A stretch of DNA of 64,000 bases, taken from positions 22,630,001 to 22,694,000 of the forward strand of contig CM106585.1 in the NCBI GenBank assembly GCA_048013815.1. The letters are read 5' to 3'. The translations under genes were made by a program, and so were the position numbers. The DNA comes from Setoptus koraiensis. Its lineage: Eukaryota; Animalia; Arthropoda. The notes beneath the pieces were generated by a model. That model had not been told where the DNA came from, did no database searches, and saw nothing but the letters and a program-made list of their open reading frames with translations. Below are positions 27,111 through 39,014 of the stretch, in pieces (positions within the stretch are counted from its first letter, which is position 1; each line of letters opens with the position of its first letter).

Positions 27111-28903
27111 TACACAGTGTACCGTTGCGTAACGTAATACGGTCTGACAACGTTGTGAGAATGAGTAAAGGGGGGCATCATTGCAAGGTATCTATCGCTT
27201 GTGCTGCCCATGTATCCATTAGTTGGTTTGCCAACCACGATTACGTCATCGCAAATTAATGGCTCATGTTTAGATTTGAATGATAATGATAATTGTGACA
27301 ACATTGCCTACGAGACACTCATGGTTATTTGTACCATTTGTATATTTGGTTTTGGTGTGTGCCGTAATAGTGCACAATACGTGTTGTACGTGTCAACTGT
27401 ACGTGGCAACAAAAGCCAATGAGAGCTATATTTGTATATTATGTGTATAGTATACAAATGCAGCTATCTCAAATATAGTATTTAAACAAATATCGCGAGC
27501 TACAAGAGAATCAATTATTTTTCATTTTTCACCATTTTACGTGGAGCACGTGCTGCAAAATCAATATGCTCGCTATAGTGCAAACACACATTGCACTCTA
27601 GCGAGTGACTCTATTGACTAGATAGCGCTTTTAAAGCAACCCATTCCAACAAGCGGCATGGCTATTAACTGTCAGCTGTGCTGGTTATTAGCTAATAGTG
27701 AGAGTCAGTCTATTGATATCAGGTGAACACACCAACAACAACAACAACAAAGTGCTGCAACCAGCGTGAGAGATATTTATAAGCTCTTACGCAACGTTAC
27801 GCACAAACCCGCACTTATTGTTATTATTGCGCTGGCAATAATGTGGCCATTATTGCCAGAATTAGAGAGAAAGGATGAAAATGGCAACACGGCAACTTGT
27901 AGGTATTATAATTTGGCCTCTCATCTCATGCCATCTCGTTGGGCCGTCGTGTGCGCTCGTCGGTTATTAGCGACATTGTTGCCCACTAACAATTAGAACA
28001 ATTTTTGCTGTGCCCGTTGCCCCTTTCAATAGTGCCAATCTGTGCGCGAATGCCGCTATATTACGGCGCACATCTGCGTATATCTGCCATATCTGCTATG
28101 CCCGCTATGCCCGCTATATCCGCTGTGTCTGCCCTATCTGGCGCATGTATCTGGCCCCAAATTTCTGGCCAGCAGCAGTGCGGCAACAATGCAGCGCCAG
28201 CCAGTGGGGCCGGGTGAGGCCAGTTTCTTGGCGTTGCTTGTGGTCGCTCTATCTGGTGTGTGTGTGTGTTGGGCGTAGTCAAAAAAGTTTCGTTTCACGT
28301 GGTAGGCAAAAAATGTGCTTGCGACACAGGTATTGCGTAATTGCATTGTTTGTGCAAAATAAAGTGTGATCGGCTCAATTGAGTGAACGGCGAATGAAAA
28401 ACGACGCCTACTCTGTTTGCTGTCACACTGTGTGCACTCTCGCTCTCCCTCTCCCTTGTTTCTGGTCAATTGGGTCGCAACGGTGAAATCGGTAAACGCA
28501 AAAGACCAATTAAGCGCCCTCTTGCCGCTATGCCAATCAACTGAGAGCAGATAATTACTACCAACGTAACCAACCCAAACACTCCGACCGGCCAAAGCGG
28601 CCAGTTAGCGTACATGCTGTTGTTGTTGTTGTTGTTGTTGCTGTTGTTGCTGTCGTTGTCGCTGTTGTAGTTGCTGTCGTTGTCGCTGTTGTTGCTGTTG
28701 TTGTTGTTGCCATCGTAAATGGTATTTCTGGTCGCTAATTTCTGATGCAAATCAAACACGTACGTTACACACAATTAACAACAAACACTCTAATAGAACA
28801 GAGATAATTATTTAAACGAGCCCTCTCGTTCAACCTGCGATATTTATCTGCCAGATAAAACCTGCCGCGCCACATGAGACCATAAGACAGCCTCTAATCA
28901 ATT

Positions 28904-28962
28904 GGCCTCTAGTCGGCCTCTAGTCGGCCTCTAGTCGGCCTCTAGTCGGCCTCTAGTCGGCC
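28904..28962. repeat. 11-bp minisatellite (ggcctctagtc) x5
   Basis: Five perfect units. Confidence 0.9.
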
Positions 28963-30355
28963 CCCAATAGGCCCCCAATAGGCCTCCAGTTGGCCTCCGG
29001 TTGGCCCGCGCTTGGCCCGTAGCTGGCCAGATTGTTGGTTAGATTATGAGCGGCGCCAGTTGAACGATGCCCAGTTGAATGGCCAAAAGAAACGAACAAC
29101 AATAATAATAAGTCACTGGTATTATAGTCTCGTCTCTGTGGCTTCACTTGTTCTCATGTGTGTGAGCTGGCCTCATGGCCCCATGCTTTTAATTGTAGCC
29201 TTGTTTTGGTCGGTTGGTATTAGGCGAGCTTTGCAAGAAGGTGCCAATTAAACAGCTTCAACTTTGTTGATCTCAAGTGCACCTTTGCTCGGGCTTGCGA
29301 GCTCTATTTTTAATTTAATTTAGCCTCTATTTCGTGTCTCTTTCGCAGAGACTCAGTGGTCAATTTCAAATAATGCCCAATGGGCACACCAAATGATTCG
29401 TATGCATGGGGTAGGCAGTGTTTGAAATGGTCGCTATGTCACACGATTCGCGAGCCTCACTGCATTCATCTTTTTATTTTATTTCTTTATCGGCCCACTC
29501 TCTCGGTTGAATCGCAATACACAACAACAATGATATAATGAACTATAGCTATTTATAACTGTATAACTGTAACAGTGACCCAGTAGCTTGGCGAGTTTGC
29601 GCAAACACAGGCGACAAACGCAATCTCTTAAATAAAAGTTGTGAGATCATCTCACAGTCACATAGCGGGCAGAAAACAAAACAAAATAAAACAAAATAAA
29701 ATAAAATGAAATTCAGTGAGAGAATGGAGAGTCATAGTTTGTGCAGTAACTGTTTGTTGCGCAATACTTAAATGGCTGACTTAACTGTTTTTCAGAACAC
29801 TACTAGTTTTTATTTCAGCCACCATTAGTAGCAGTGTTGTGCTGCACTAAATGGCCCAAATGGTAACTGAAATAAAAACGCCATCTACAACTCGCTGGCT
29901 ACCTGTGGCCTAGCGACATTAGCGACTTTGTCCGTTCTTTGCTTCTTTTTTGGTCAGTTTACGCGCAATTGGTCGCTCTACCTGCGACAACTCACTTGGC
30001 CCTTTTTTGTGGCACCCACACAAAAGACAGCCAACATCGTCCAAAATATCTAAACAAATATCAATGCTGTGCTGGGCAAATTAAATACTCGCAATCCCAA
30101 TGCCTCCGATGAGTCAAGTGTCAAATTGACACTGTCAATTGAAAGTGTTAGCAATTAAACCGGCATTGACCAATTAACTAACCAATGTTCAATGTTATCT
30201 AACTAAATGTAAATCTCCATTGAATTCATGTCTGAATACATGTGTGTGCAGTCATCCGTCATTCGTCATGAGCTATAAATAATACGTATAAGTAGACTTT
30301 TCCTGAATGAATAGTGGCTTGTGATTGATTCATGAGGCGACTGTTGTTGTTCACA

Positions 30356-30447
30356 AATGAATACTTGCAAATGAATACTCGCGAATGAATACTCGCGAAT
30401 GAATACTCGCGAATGAATACTCGCGAATGAATACTCGCGAATGAATA
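30356..30447. repeat. 14-bp minisatellite (aatgaatactcgcg) x~6.5
   Basis: Tandem units read directly. Confidence 0.9.
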
Positions 30448-31735
30448 GGAGAGAGCGACTTTTCTTTCCTTGTTCGGTCCGTTTGGCTAGGCCGACTAAA
30501 GGGACTAAATGCAAAAGCTAGCGCGAGAAGCGACAAAACGTCTGACACAGTTGGACGCAGCTAACTTGCAGCACGAGGCTTGTCACTTGTCAGCGAGTGG
30601 CAAAAAATAAACAAGCCTCTGCTTAGCATTACGTAACTGTCTTGTATTGTGAGATTTGCTAGTGAGAAAAAGTTTGATAAACAGCCATTCATGTTGTATT
30701 CATGAGTGAATTCTCTCAAATGCATGCAGGTCACACTTGTGCCGTTATTTTGAAATGGTCGCTAGTGAGAATGGCGCCCACAAGAAGACTCGGCCCGCGC
30801 ACTCGATGGCCCCAATGATGGTCCGTTTGTTAAGCCAATATCAGCAGTGGGGCTGCTTATTACTTATACTAAGTCACACATTATACATATATTCCATTAA
30901 TATGCAAATACGACTCGGTAATCTCTCTTTTTAGCTTACGATTGTGCTGCTTGCCGATACACACAAGCACCGTATATAAGGTTTGTGTCGGCGTGATCAA
31001 CAACGACACGGGCTCGGCGACAAAAAGCCACAGCTAAGCAATTTAGCGACATGCACAAGACAATATCTGGCTGTGCTCTGAGATATAAATCTAGATAAAA
31101 AGAACGAGAGCTTAGTGTTAAGTTCTGCAAGTTTAAGCAAAAGTTGGCCAAAGTCACCCCGCTCGAAAGTGTGGCGACTGGCTGGTTCGTGGTCAAAACT
31201 GGACAATTTCGTCGTTCATTTTTGTAGTTTTGTTTTCGTTTGTTTATTTGCCTTTATTTTCGTTTGCGAGCAACGAACGAGTCTCACAGTCTTATTGTGA
31301 ACATTGCATTTGGCTTTTATATTTACACACACTCGGCGATACAGAGGCGCCACATTAGATGACAACAAGTCGCCCGAAATGAATCTACAATGAGCCATTT
31401 ATAGACTCGTTGTAGACAGTGCAAACATACACAATAGGTAGATTACAATCTTCGTTATGCTGTTTATTAGGAGCATCTAGCGCTCACTCTTTGATACTAT
31501 CTGCTTGATATTATCTGTTTGATATTATCTCTACTATCGAAAAAAGAAGTGCTCTTGTTGGCGCGATGCAGCTTGGCATTGGCGTGCATACAACCATAGG
31601 TGACCTGTTATATATTATTATATTATTATTACTATTATTATCACTATTATTGTATTATTACTAGCACATTATTGCGGCCAATTACAAGCTCTGTTGTTGT
31701 TGTTGTTTTTTACTGTATATGCATATCATTAACAG

Positions 31736-31818
31736 GGTTCGGTTTTGTAACATTCGAAAACGAGGATGTCGTTGATAAAGTATGTGAAGTTCATTTCCAC
31801 GAGATCAATAGTAAAATG
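31736..31818 (+). CDS. msi: Musashi exon 7 (83 nt, RRM2 RNP1)
   Basis: taacag|GG TTC...; (G)[27 protein letters not shown]; donor ATG|GTGAGT. Confidence 0.95.
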
Positions 31819-31979
31819 GTGAGTACACGAACAACACAAACATTTTAGCAAACATTCACTCGTTATGCTAATACCTGGATAGTGTCTGACAGTGTCTGAC
31901 AGTGTCAGTCAGCCAGCCAGTGAGACAGAAATGATCATTGATGATTATCATTGTTATACAATTGTTATGCAATATGCAG

Positions 31980-32067
31980 GTCGAATGTAAGAAGGCTCAA
32001 CCAAAAGAGGTGATGATGCCAGCTAACATTGTGCGACCCCGAGGCACCACAGGAAGGAGCCCCTATG
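31980..32067 (+). CDS. msi: Musashi exon 8 (end of RRM2)
   Basis: atgcag|GTC...; VECKKAQPKEVMMPANIVRPRGTTGRSPYG; donor G|GTAGGT. Confidence 0.92.
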
Positions 32068-32544
32068 GTAGGTTTTGAATAATCAACTCAGCTCAGCTCA
32101 ACTCAAGTCAACAAAACTCAACTTGACCTCAATCTGGCTTTTTGCAACTTTTGACAGCGACAATAAGCTCGCACTTATAGTTACAGTCGTATAATTGCTG
32201 TCTTATAATTGCTGTCGCCTCAACTTTAACTCTACGAAACTCTCAACTCCAACTCACTCTCCAATACTCACTAATGTGATAATTGAGTTTCAACAAAACT
32301 CGATTTACCCAGATTTACTCACTACTAAAAAGCCTCTTCTCTCTACATCGCCCCGTTAATTATAACCCGTCATCGTTTGTATCATTTGTGTCATTAGATT
32401 TAGTGTGGCCTTTAGGTTTAACTACTGCAGACGGTACAACACATCACCAAACAACTAACACTAACAATGATACGCAAAAGCAAACCATACTAACAAATGG
32501 CCAACTAAATCAGCTGATCAAGTCCGAAATGGCTATCTTCGCAG

Positions 32545-32640
32545 GTTTCTCTCCATATCCTGGTCCATACGGTCCAACTGGACGTGCAACTGGTTATCCG
32601 CCCGGTAGTTATCCGTTTGGCGCTTATCCACCATTTGCAG
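32545..32640 (+). CDS. msi: Musashi exon 9 (G/P/Y-rich C-terminal region)
   Basis: ttcgcag|GT TTC...; GFSPYPGPYGPTGRATGYPPGSYPFGAYPPFAG; donor CAG|GTAAGT; phase 1 to 1; composition typical of Musashi C-terminal tails. Confidence 0.8.
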
Positions 32641-33263
32641 GTAAGTTCACTTTATCTCGTCTCATTGTCTCATTGTGTCTTGCATTGTATTGGACCTTAT
32701 AATTGTATCGCTTGCTATACTATAAACCTTATTCTGTATACCCTTGCATATTATTATGCTTTTGTCTCTGTTGTTATGTAACAGAGAAGCGAGCCAATCA
32801 GCAGCTATCATTGACACTTGCGTTGGTGGATATTGTTTGATGTTTGAATAGTTGTGTGAGAGAGGGACAGCTACACAATACAAGTGTTCTCGTCTGATTT
32901 ATAGATGCATACTGATGTATGCATAAATAATATATACGCGCCATATCGCACAGTATGGTTATATAATATAGACAGCATATGCATATACTATCTACATGGA
33001 GTGTACTTGTCATACTGGCGGGCTAGTTATGTTGCCGTTACCGCGCCACTACAATCAATAACGGTCCGGCCAGCAAAAGTATGGAAAAGAAGGGGCCCAA
33101 ACCTGGCCTCGGGCCATAATAAGTGCCTAATAGGGGGCGTTGTGTATGGTTGTAGTTGGTTGTGTGTGGTTGTGCATGGTTGTGCATGGTTGTATATGGT
33201 GGCACGTGGTGGGCAAGAGTGGAAACACAATGATTGCTCATGATGGCAAGCACGTGTACTGAC

Positions 33264-33320
33264 AACGTAGAGAACGTAGAGAACGTAGAGAACGTAGAGA
33301 ACGTAGAGAACGTAGAGAAC
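33264..33320. repeat. 9-bp minisatellite (aacgtagag) x6
   Basis: Perfect units. Confidence 0.9.
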
Positions 33321-33809
33321 ATGGAGAATACAACACACACAACGGTGATTTCTCCACAAGACTCATTCTGTTTTTTTTTTTGTAGAGAAATTCTCCTTTT
33401 GGCCATCCCAATTTGGCGCCTCAATTGAAATTGAATTTAATTCGCTCCAGTAAACTCATAACTGTCTTCAAACTTGTAAGTTACTAGCGCTGTCAGCTGT
33501 TCAGCTGCTCAACTGCGATCCGATTGGCCCGGCTGGCTCACAGAGACAAGTGACACTGGTGAGGCATAGAGTTTAGCCGGTGTCGGCCGGCCAGCCGGCC
33601 GGCAAGCAGTGATAAGTTTGTGAGTGAGAGCGTGAGATAAGAAAGAAAAAATTTTTATCCTTACAAGGATAAAAATTGGCACACAAATAGATGATGATGG
33701 GCACAGTTAACATGAATGAATGACCACGAGATTTGTGGCCACTTGCGTGAACCATTCTCTCTATTGAGACACCATAACGACCAACCATCATATACAGCCG
33801 CGTGCAGCA

Positions 33810-33868
33810 CACATATAGCACATATAGCACATATAGCACACATAGCGCATATAGCACGTATAGCACAT
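33810..33868. repeat. 9-bp minisatellite (cacatatag) x~6
   Basis: Tandem units, slightly degenerate. Confidence 0.85.
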
Positions 33869-36089
33869 GTGGCACATAAAGGCGAGCTTGTTGACCGACA
33901 AACAGCCAGCAAGCCAGCACAGCCCACGCCAACAACAATGGCACTGGTGACCGGAAGTGGTCAGTGGTGCTTCACTTCAGGCTGGTCAGTTGCTGGTCTG
34001 GTGTTACTGTCACTGGCACTGCCACTGTTGACTACTGACCAATGGCCACTGTCACTGACACATTGTTGTTGGTTGGCTGGCACGAGCTTTCTCGCTCTCT
34101 CGCTCTCGTGTCCGTCCGCATGTTTGTCCGCTGTGTCCGCTGTGTCCAGTGCATGCTGACGTGTTTGCGTGCTGCTCGTTGTTAGGTTTGGCACAACAAC
34201 AACAACAACAACAATGCCACCATTACACGGCCAACAGTTAGCGCGTGCAGTTGCGCGCGTTTAGCGTGAATATGGAATCACAAGTGTGCGCAAATGTCGC
34301 TAGGCACACAATTGTCCCTGTTGGTTGCTTGCGAGTCACAAGTTGTGAGCAGTTGTGAGCAGTTGTGAGGCTGTGAGAAAGCGCCCAAATATGTCATGTG
34401 TGTCGGCGTTGTTGTTGTGCCTGGCCGCTGCTGGAATATATGTGAATATGCGAGCATGTGAGCATGTGAATATCAACATAAGCGCCCGATTGATAATGAT
34501 CGACACACACAAACAAACAACAAAGGCCACTTGACAAAAGCATAACTCACGCTGCTCATTTATATGTGGCGCAGACTGCACATGTTATGTAACTGGCGCC
34601 ACGCATAACTTGCCGCTTATAACTTGTCGTTACGCAATTCTTTTGGCATGCAAATTTTGCTCGTTGCCAGTGCGACCAACAGTGCAAAATATTCGACTTG
34701 TTGTTGTTGTCGTCGTGGTCGTGGTCGTCAAACGCAATCGATGGTGCAAAACAAGTTGTTGTCTGTTGGACAATTTACAGACAAACTTTAAATGAAACAA
34801 CAACTGCTGCTGTTGTCGCTCAAGTGTCAACTCTGTCCATCTGCACCTGACACTGGCCTTGTTGGCGCTGTTGCTGTTGTTGTTGATGGCGCTAAAGAGA
34901 CGCCATTGGCTCATTTATGTGGCTCATTGTTCCTATATTAATGCTGATAACTCGCCCACTTCAGCCATAAACGCGCTGCGTTTATTTCGCCAGAAAAGTC
35001 TCGCTCTCTCCCCGTCTGGCCATTTCTGCCTTGCCGTGGCCTCACTGTGGCTCCGCTGCGGGCTCTCGACCAGTGTGAGACCAGCGCGAGACCAGCCCGA
35101 CGCCAGCGCGAGAGCAACGCGAGAGCAACGCGAAACCAGCGCGACGCCAGCGCGACACCAAGGCGAGACCAGTGTGAGATAATTCTAATCTGAGCTGGCC
35201 CCTTGGCTCGGATTCGCTGGCTGTTCGAGTGTTGGCCTAATGTTCAATCGTAAATCATTAATGGTATCATCATAATGGTTACTGTGCCGCGCACGACACA
35301 ACGACCAGCGAGCTGGCCGCTTTTTCTCGTTCAACTGTGCGCCACTTTTTTGCTGGGGCCAGGCGAAAGAGAAAAAAAAAACAGAAAATCCCTGGCCCCA
35401 GTGCGTGTGTGTGTGTGTGTGTCTGTGCTTGATGAGGCACCATTAAATTGAGAATTCACAAAGAGATTGTGCCTGAATGAGCGCACAGATTTACACATGA
35501 AAGGTCAGAGCAAACCCATTGATACACATTGAGTGTGGCCTGTAATTAGCGGGCCAGATCGGTGCGCCACAGCTACACTAGCCAGCTCGACGCCAACTAG
35601 ATCATCAATATTGTAACTCGACTCAATTTGATGCTACGGCCAGCACCATTGACCACTTGCTGTTTGTCCGTCAGTCCGTTTGTGCGTCCGTCGTTTGTTC
35701 CATTGTTTGTTTGTTTGTCTCTTTGGTCATTTGCCAGGTTGCTAGGTGTTGTTGTCGTTTGTTTGTATGATTCCCAAAAGTACACAACACTTGCCCGTTA
35801 TTTGGCCGCCAATAAAGCGCAACCAAATGGCTGCAACGTAAGTGCAGATAGAGACACCAGCCTTTCAGTCAAGCCACTAGAGCGTCATTAGCGATTTGCA
35901 AGGCGCAACAAGATCATCATCACCATACCAGCAATGCTAAAATGGCATCAGTTAAATGCTGTTGTATCATTTTTTGAATCATTTTCAACCATTTTAAATC
36001 ATTTTGTTTCCATTATTTTGTTTTATTTTATTTTGTTTTGCCATTAACCACTATACATTTATATATACACACATATACTGTTAGTTTAG

Positions 36090-36166
36090 ACGCTCTCTAT
36101 CCTTTGACACCATGGGGATTCCCCATTATCTGGCCACCATCCACAACCATAAGCAGCCATTTATAG
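36090..36166 (+). CDS. msi: Candidate terminal coding exon of Musashi
   Basis: gtttag|AC GCT...; phase-1 reading DALYPLTPWGFPIIWPPSTTISSHL*. One of several phase-compatible candidates, not confirmed. Confidence 0.3.
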
Positions 36167-38703
36167 CTGTAGCTGTAATTGAAGCCCTTTATTTATACCA
36201 TATCCTCCATGTCCCTTATTCTTTCTTAAACGATATTCCCTTATTTTTCGTTTTTACATAATCTCCACTCGCCCTGCCTAAATCACCGCCATCATTAATG
36301 TTTGAATTGTCACAACGTCGCACTGTTCATTGGTCTCAATGCGACCATTCTTCGCGCCATTAATAACCATAACGAATATAAACGACGACCATTCCATAAT
36401 TAATTTATGGCATTACGACACTCACCAACTAAAACTTTCGCAATTGAAACAATTATACAATGGTATCAATTGAGAACAATCGATCGACACGACATTACAT
36501 TAACACCACAAATCAACAACTACAACCAACAACGACCAACAACAATAATCATTCTAATTCTAACTATTGATAATGGACATTACATAATACACATGCCACA
36601 ATCCCACGATGCCATCTAGTGGTCAATTTAGAATGAACGAATCATCATGGTGGTGGTAACAAATTGGACGGAAATCATTACGTTATATACATCTATATAT
36701 ATCTGGCTCAACAAAAGACCCCTCCTTCTTAACCTTGGTTTGTCATGACGCACATGCACTCTCGTCGTTTTCGGAGATCCATTTAGACGCCCATTGGAAT
36801 ACTCCACAGAAACCGTTATAATAATTGTCTTCGTTGACGGTTGTGTTTGCGTTGATTGATGAAATGACACAAGTTTAAGCCTGAACCATACTATAGTGCC
36901 GCCACTACAACTGAAAAACCCATTGAAATACGAAATAGATTTAGTTCGTCTTCTAGCCGATATTGACAACCACTAACAGAAACAGATGCGACGAACATAA
37001 ACACACTACGTGTTTTGCAACTGGTCACCGATCTTAAATAAAATCTAACAAATCTGTAAAAGAAGGAGAGACAGTTGTGTCTCGAGACAGAGAGAGAGAG
37101 AGAGAAAGAGAGAGAATGAGAGATAGAGAGAAAGAGAGAGGGGGAGATAAAAGAAACTCCCTGGGTGAGATGATTTGCTCAATGACTCTAAACATCATTA
37201 TTTAAAATATACAAACCAATCAAACAAAAATTTACAACAATATGCCTAAACTTACACACATCCTTACTGACATGGAATGATGATGATAGCGGCAACTATA
37301 ATATATACAACAACAATAATATATTCAACAATAATAAACATACGCACTATGATAATGTTCATCAACATCGCAACACTGCACCAAGTATCACTTTTCCTAC
37401 TTTTCATTATTATTTTAAATTATTATTTCCTTTTGTTTTGTTCTTATTCCGCCTATGTTGTCATGACTCACCCATACATAACCCGTGTCAACTTGGTTAT
37501 AAAACTAACCAAGTCGACACGGATACCATGATACAGATAACAGATACATCCGGTCCAGCTCCCCAATGAACCAAGTTTAATTGGTCAGTGGCGAGATGGG
37601 TGATTTTGTTAGTCGTCCATTATTGTAGTAGAGCTTGGATAGCTGAGCAACAGGTAATAGTGACCTTTTGGATATTCAATAGTCATTGATTGTAAACTCA
37701 TTCGATACTCACCCTGTTCTTTGGCTCTCATTGAAATCAGACCACAACTATTGATTGTAGTGTTGATACTATTGACGTAACCGTTGTCACAAAGAAACTA
37801 ATTATAACTATCTCCCTTTGTTTCCATATATCTATCTGAATCACTTGCTCGTAACAAACCAATTATATAAATTAGTTGATATGGTGAATCATAGACACCA
37901 AACACCTCCACCGTTATTGACACAAACTTTGCCAGGTAAACAATATTACCAATCACCACCACAAATGATGATGTTCTAATATGGTACTAATAATAAGATT
38001 AAAACCATCTAACAACAACAACAAATTATATTGTTGACTATTGGCTATTGCAATTGTTGTCACTTGGTCAGATTACTCATGATGAAATAAACCTCAATCT
38101 GTTTGTGTCTCCCATAAAACAACAACAACAACAACATCAACACCGATGCTCTTTTGCCGTGTTGATTGTTCTTCATCTCGTCATAATCATCTTTGTCATA
38201 ATTGTATCATATCGCCTTAAACGCAACAATACAACAATTGTTTGTAATGTAAAATATACACACACCCATCTGGCTTATTGACAATAATAATAATAAATTA
38301 TTTGCAAATCGTGTATCAATCCGCACAATTAAATGAAAATTTCCATTAGAACCAAACAGGCTTACTGGAACAACAACAGCATCAGGATATAGTAGCTTCA
38401 CAAGACCGACAAGATGCTCTTTCTCATCATCACCACCACCAACAACAACACAATCATCAGCAATTACAACAACAGCAGTTACATCATCATCAACAAATTC
38501 ACCACCAGCAACAACAACAACAACACTACCAACAGCAACAACTTTTTGTGAATCATCGTCATTATCAGTGATGGACAATAGGAATTTATCAGCGGGCATT
38601 AAATATTACTTCATTGAATCAATACTAATAATAATAATAATTACAATTATAATAATAATAATAATGATACTAAAATGGACACAACAAGAGGATGAGTACG
38701 GAT

Positions 38704-39014
38704 CTAATTGGCATCTAACTGGGAACGAGCCAGCTTCCTTTGCTGGCGGAGAGCTATTCTCATTTGACGCTCGTGCTCTAGGGCTGAGGCTTTAGCTTTG
38801 GCTTTTCTTTCCGCTTTTCTCTTCTGAAAACCTGAGTGTGTTTGTAAATAAATTGATTATTATTATACAAGATGTACATATTAAAACGAATCTAGCAGAG
38901 ATGAATCATGTTAGAAAATATCAACAAAATAGACTTACCTTTGACAAAGTCGACGCGTTCTTGAGGGTTGAATTCTAAACGTTCGTTTGCCTTTCCTTTG
39001 AATGTTTTCGCCAT
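38704..39014 (-). CDS. NOL12: Short NOL12/Rrp17 (Nop25-domain) nucleolar protein-like gene, join(39014..38939,38831..38704), 67 aa
   Basis: MAKTFKGKANERLEFNPQERVDFVK-GFQKRKAERKAKAKASALEHERQMRIALRQQRKLARSQLDAN*; matches the recalled Nop25 N-terminal pattern (F-x4-R-x-[ED]-[YF]-x2-GF-x-KRK-x2-R plus coiled coil); 107-nt GTAAGT...CAG intron. Absent from the ORF track because of the intron. Confidence 0.75.

Noticed and set aside
27041-30447. Regular short repeats that might be taken for CRISPR-like arrays
   Set aside because: They are head-to-tail tandem units with no unique spacers, in a eukaryotic intron.
33937-33947. aatggcactgg matching the 5' end of miR-263/96 (likewise tgagatcat at 29642, bantam seed)
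   Set aside because: The match stops after the seed region and there is no pre-miRNA-length hairpin.
125-38600. Well over a hundred 60-240-aa ORFs on both strands outside the Musashi exons (poly-T/A, poly-C, THTHT, VCVCV, QQPT types)
   Set aside because: They are translations of micro/minisatellites and CAA/TGT-rich tracts, often open in several frames at once, with non-ATG starts and no family motifs.
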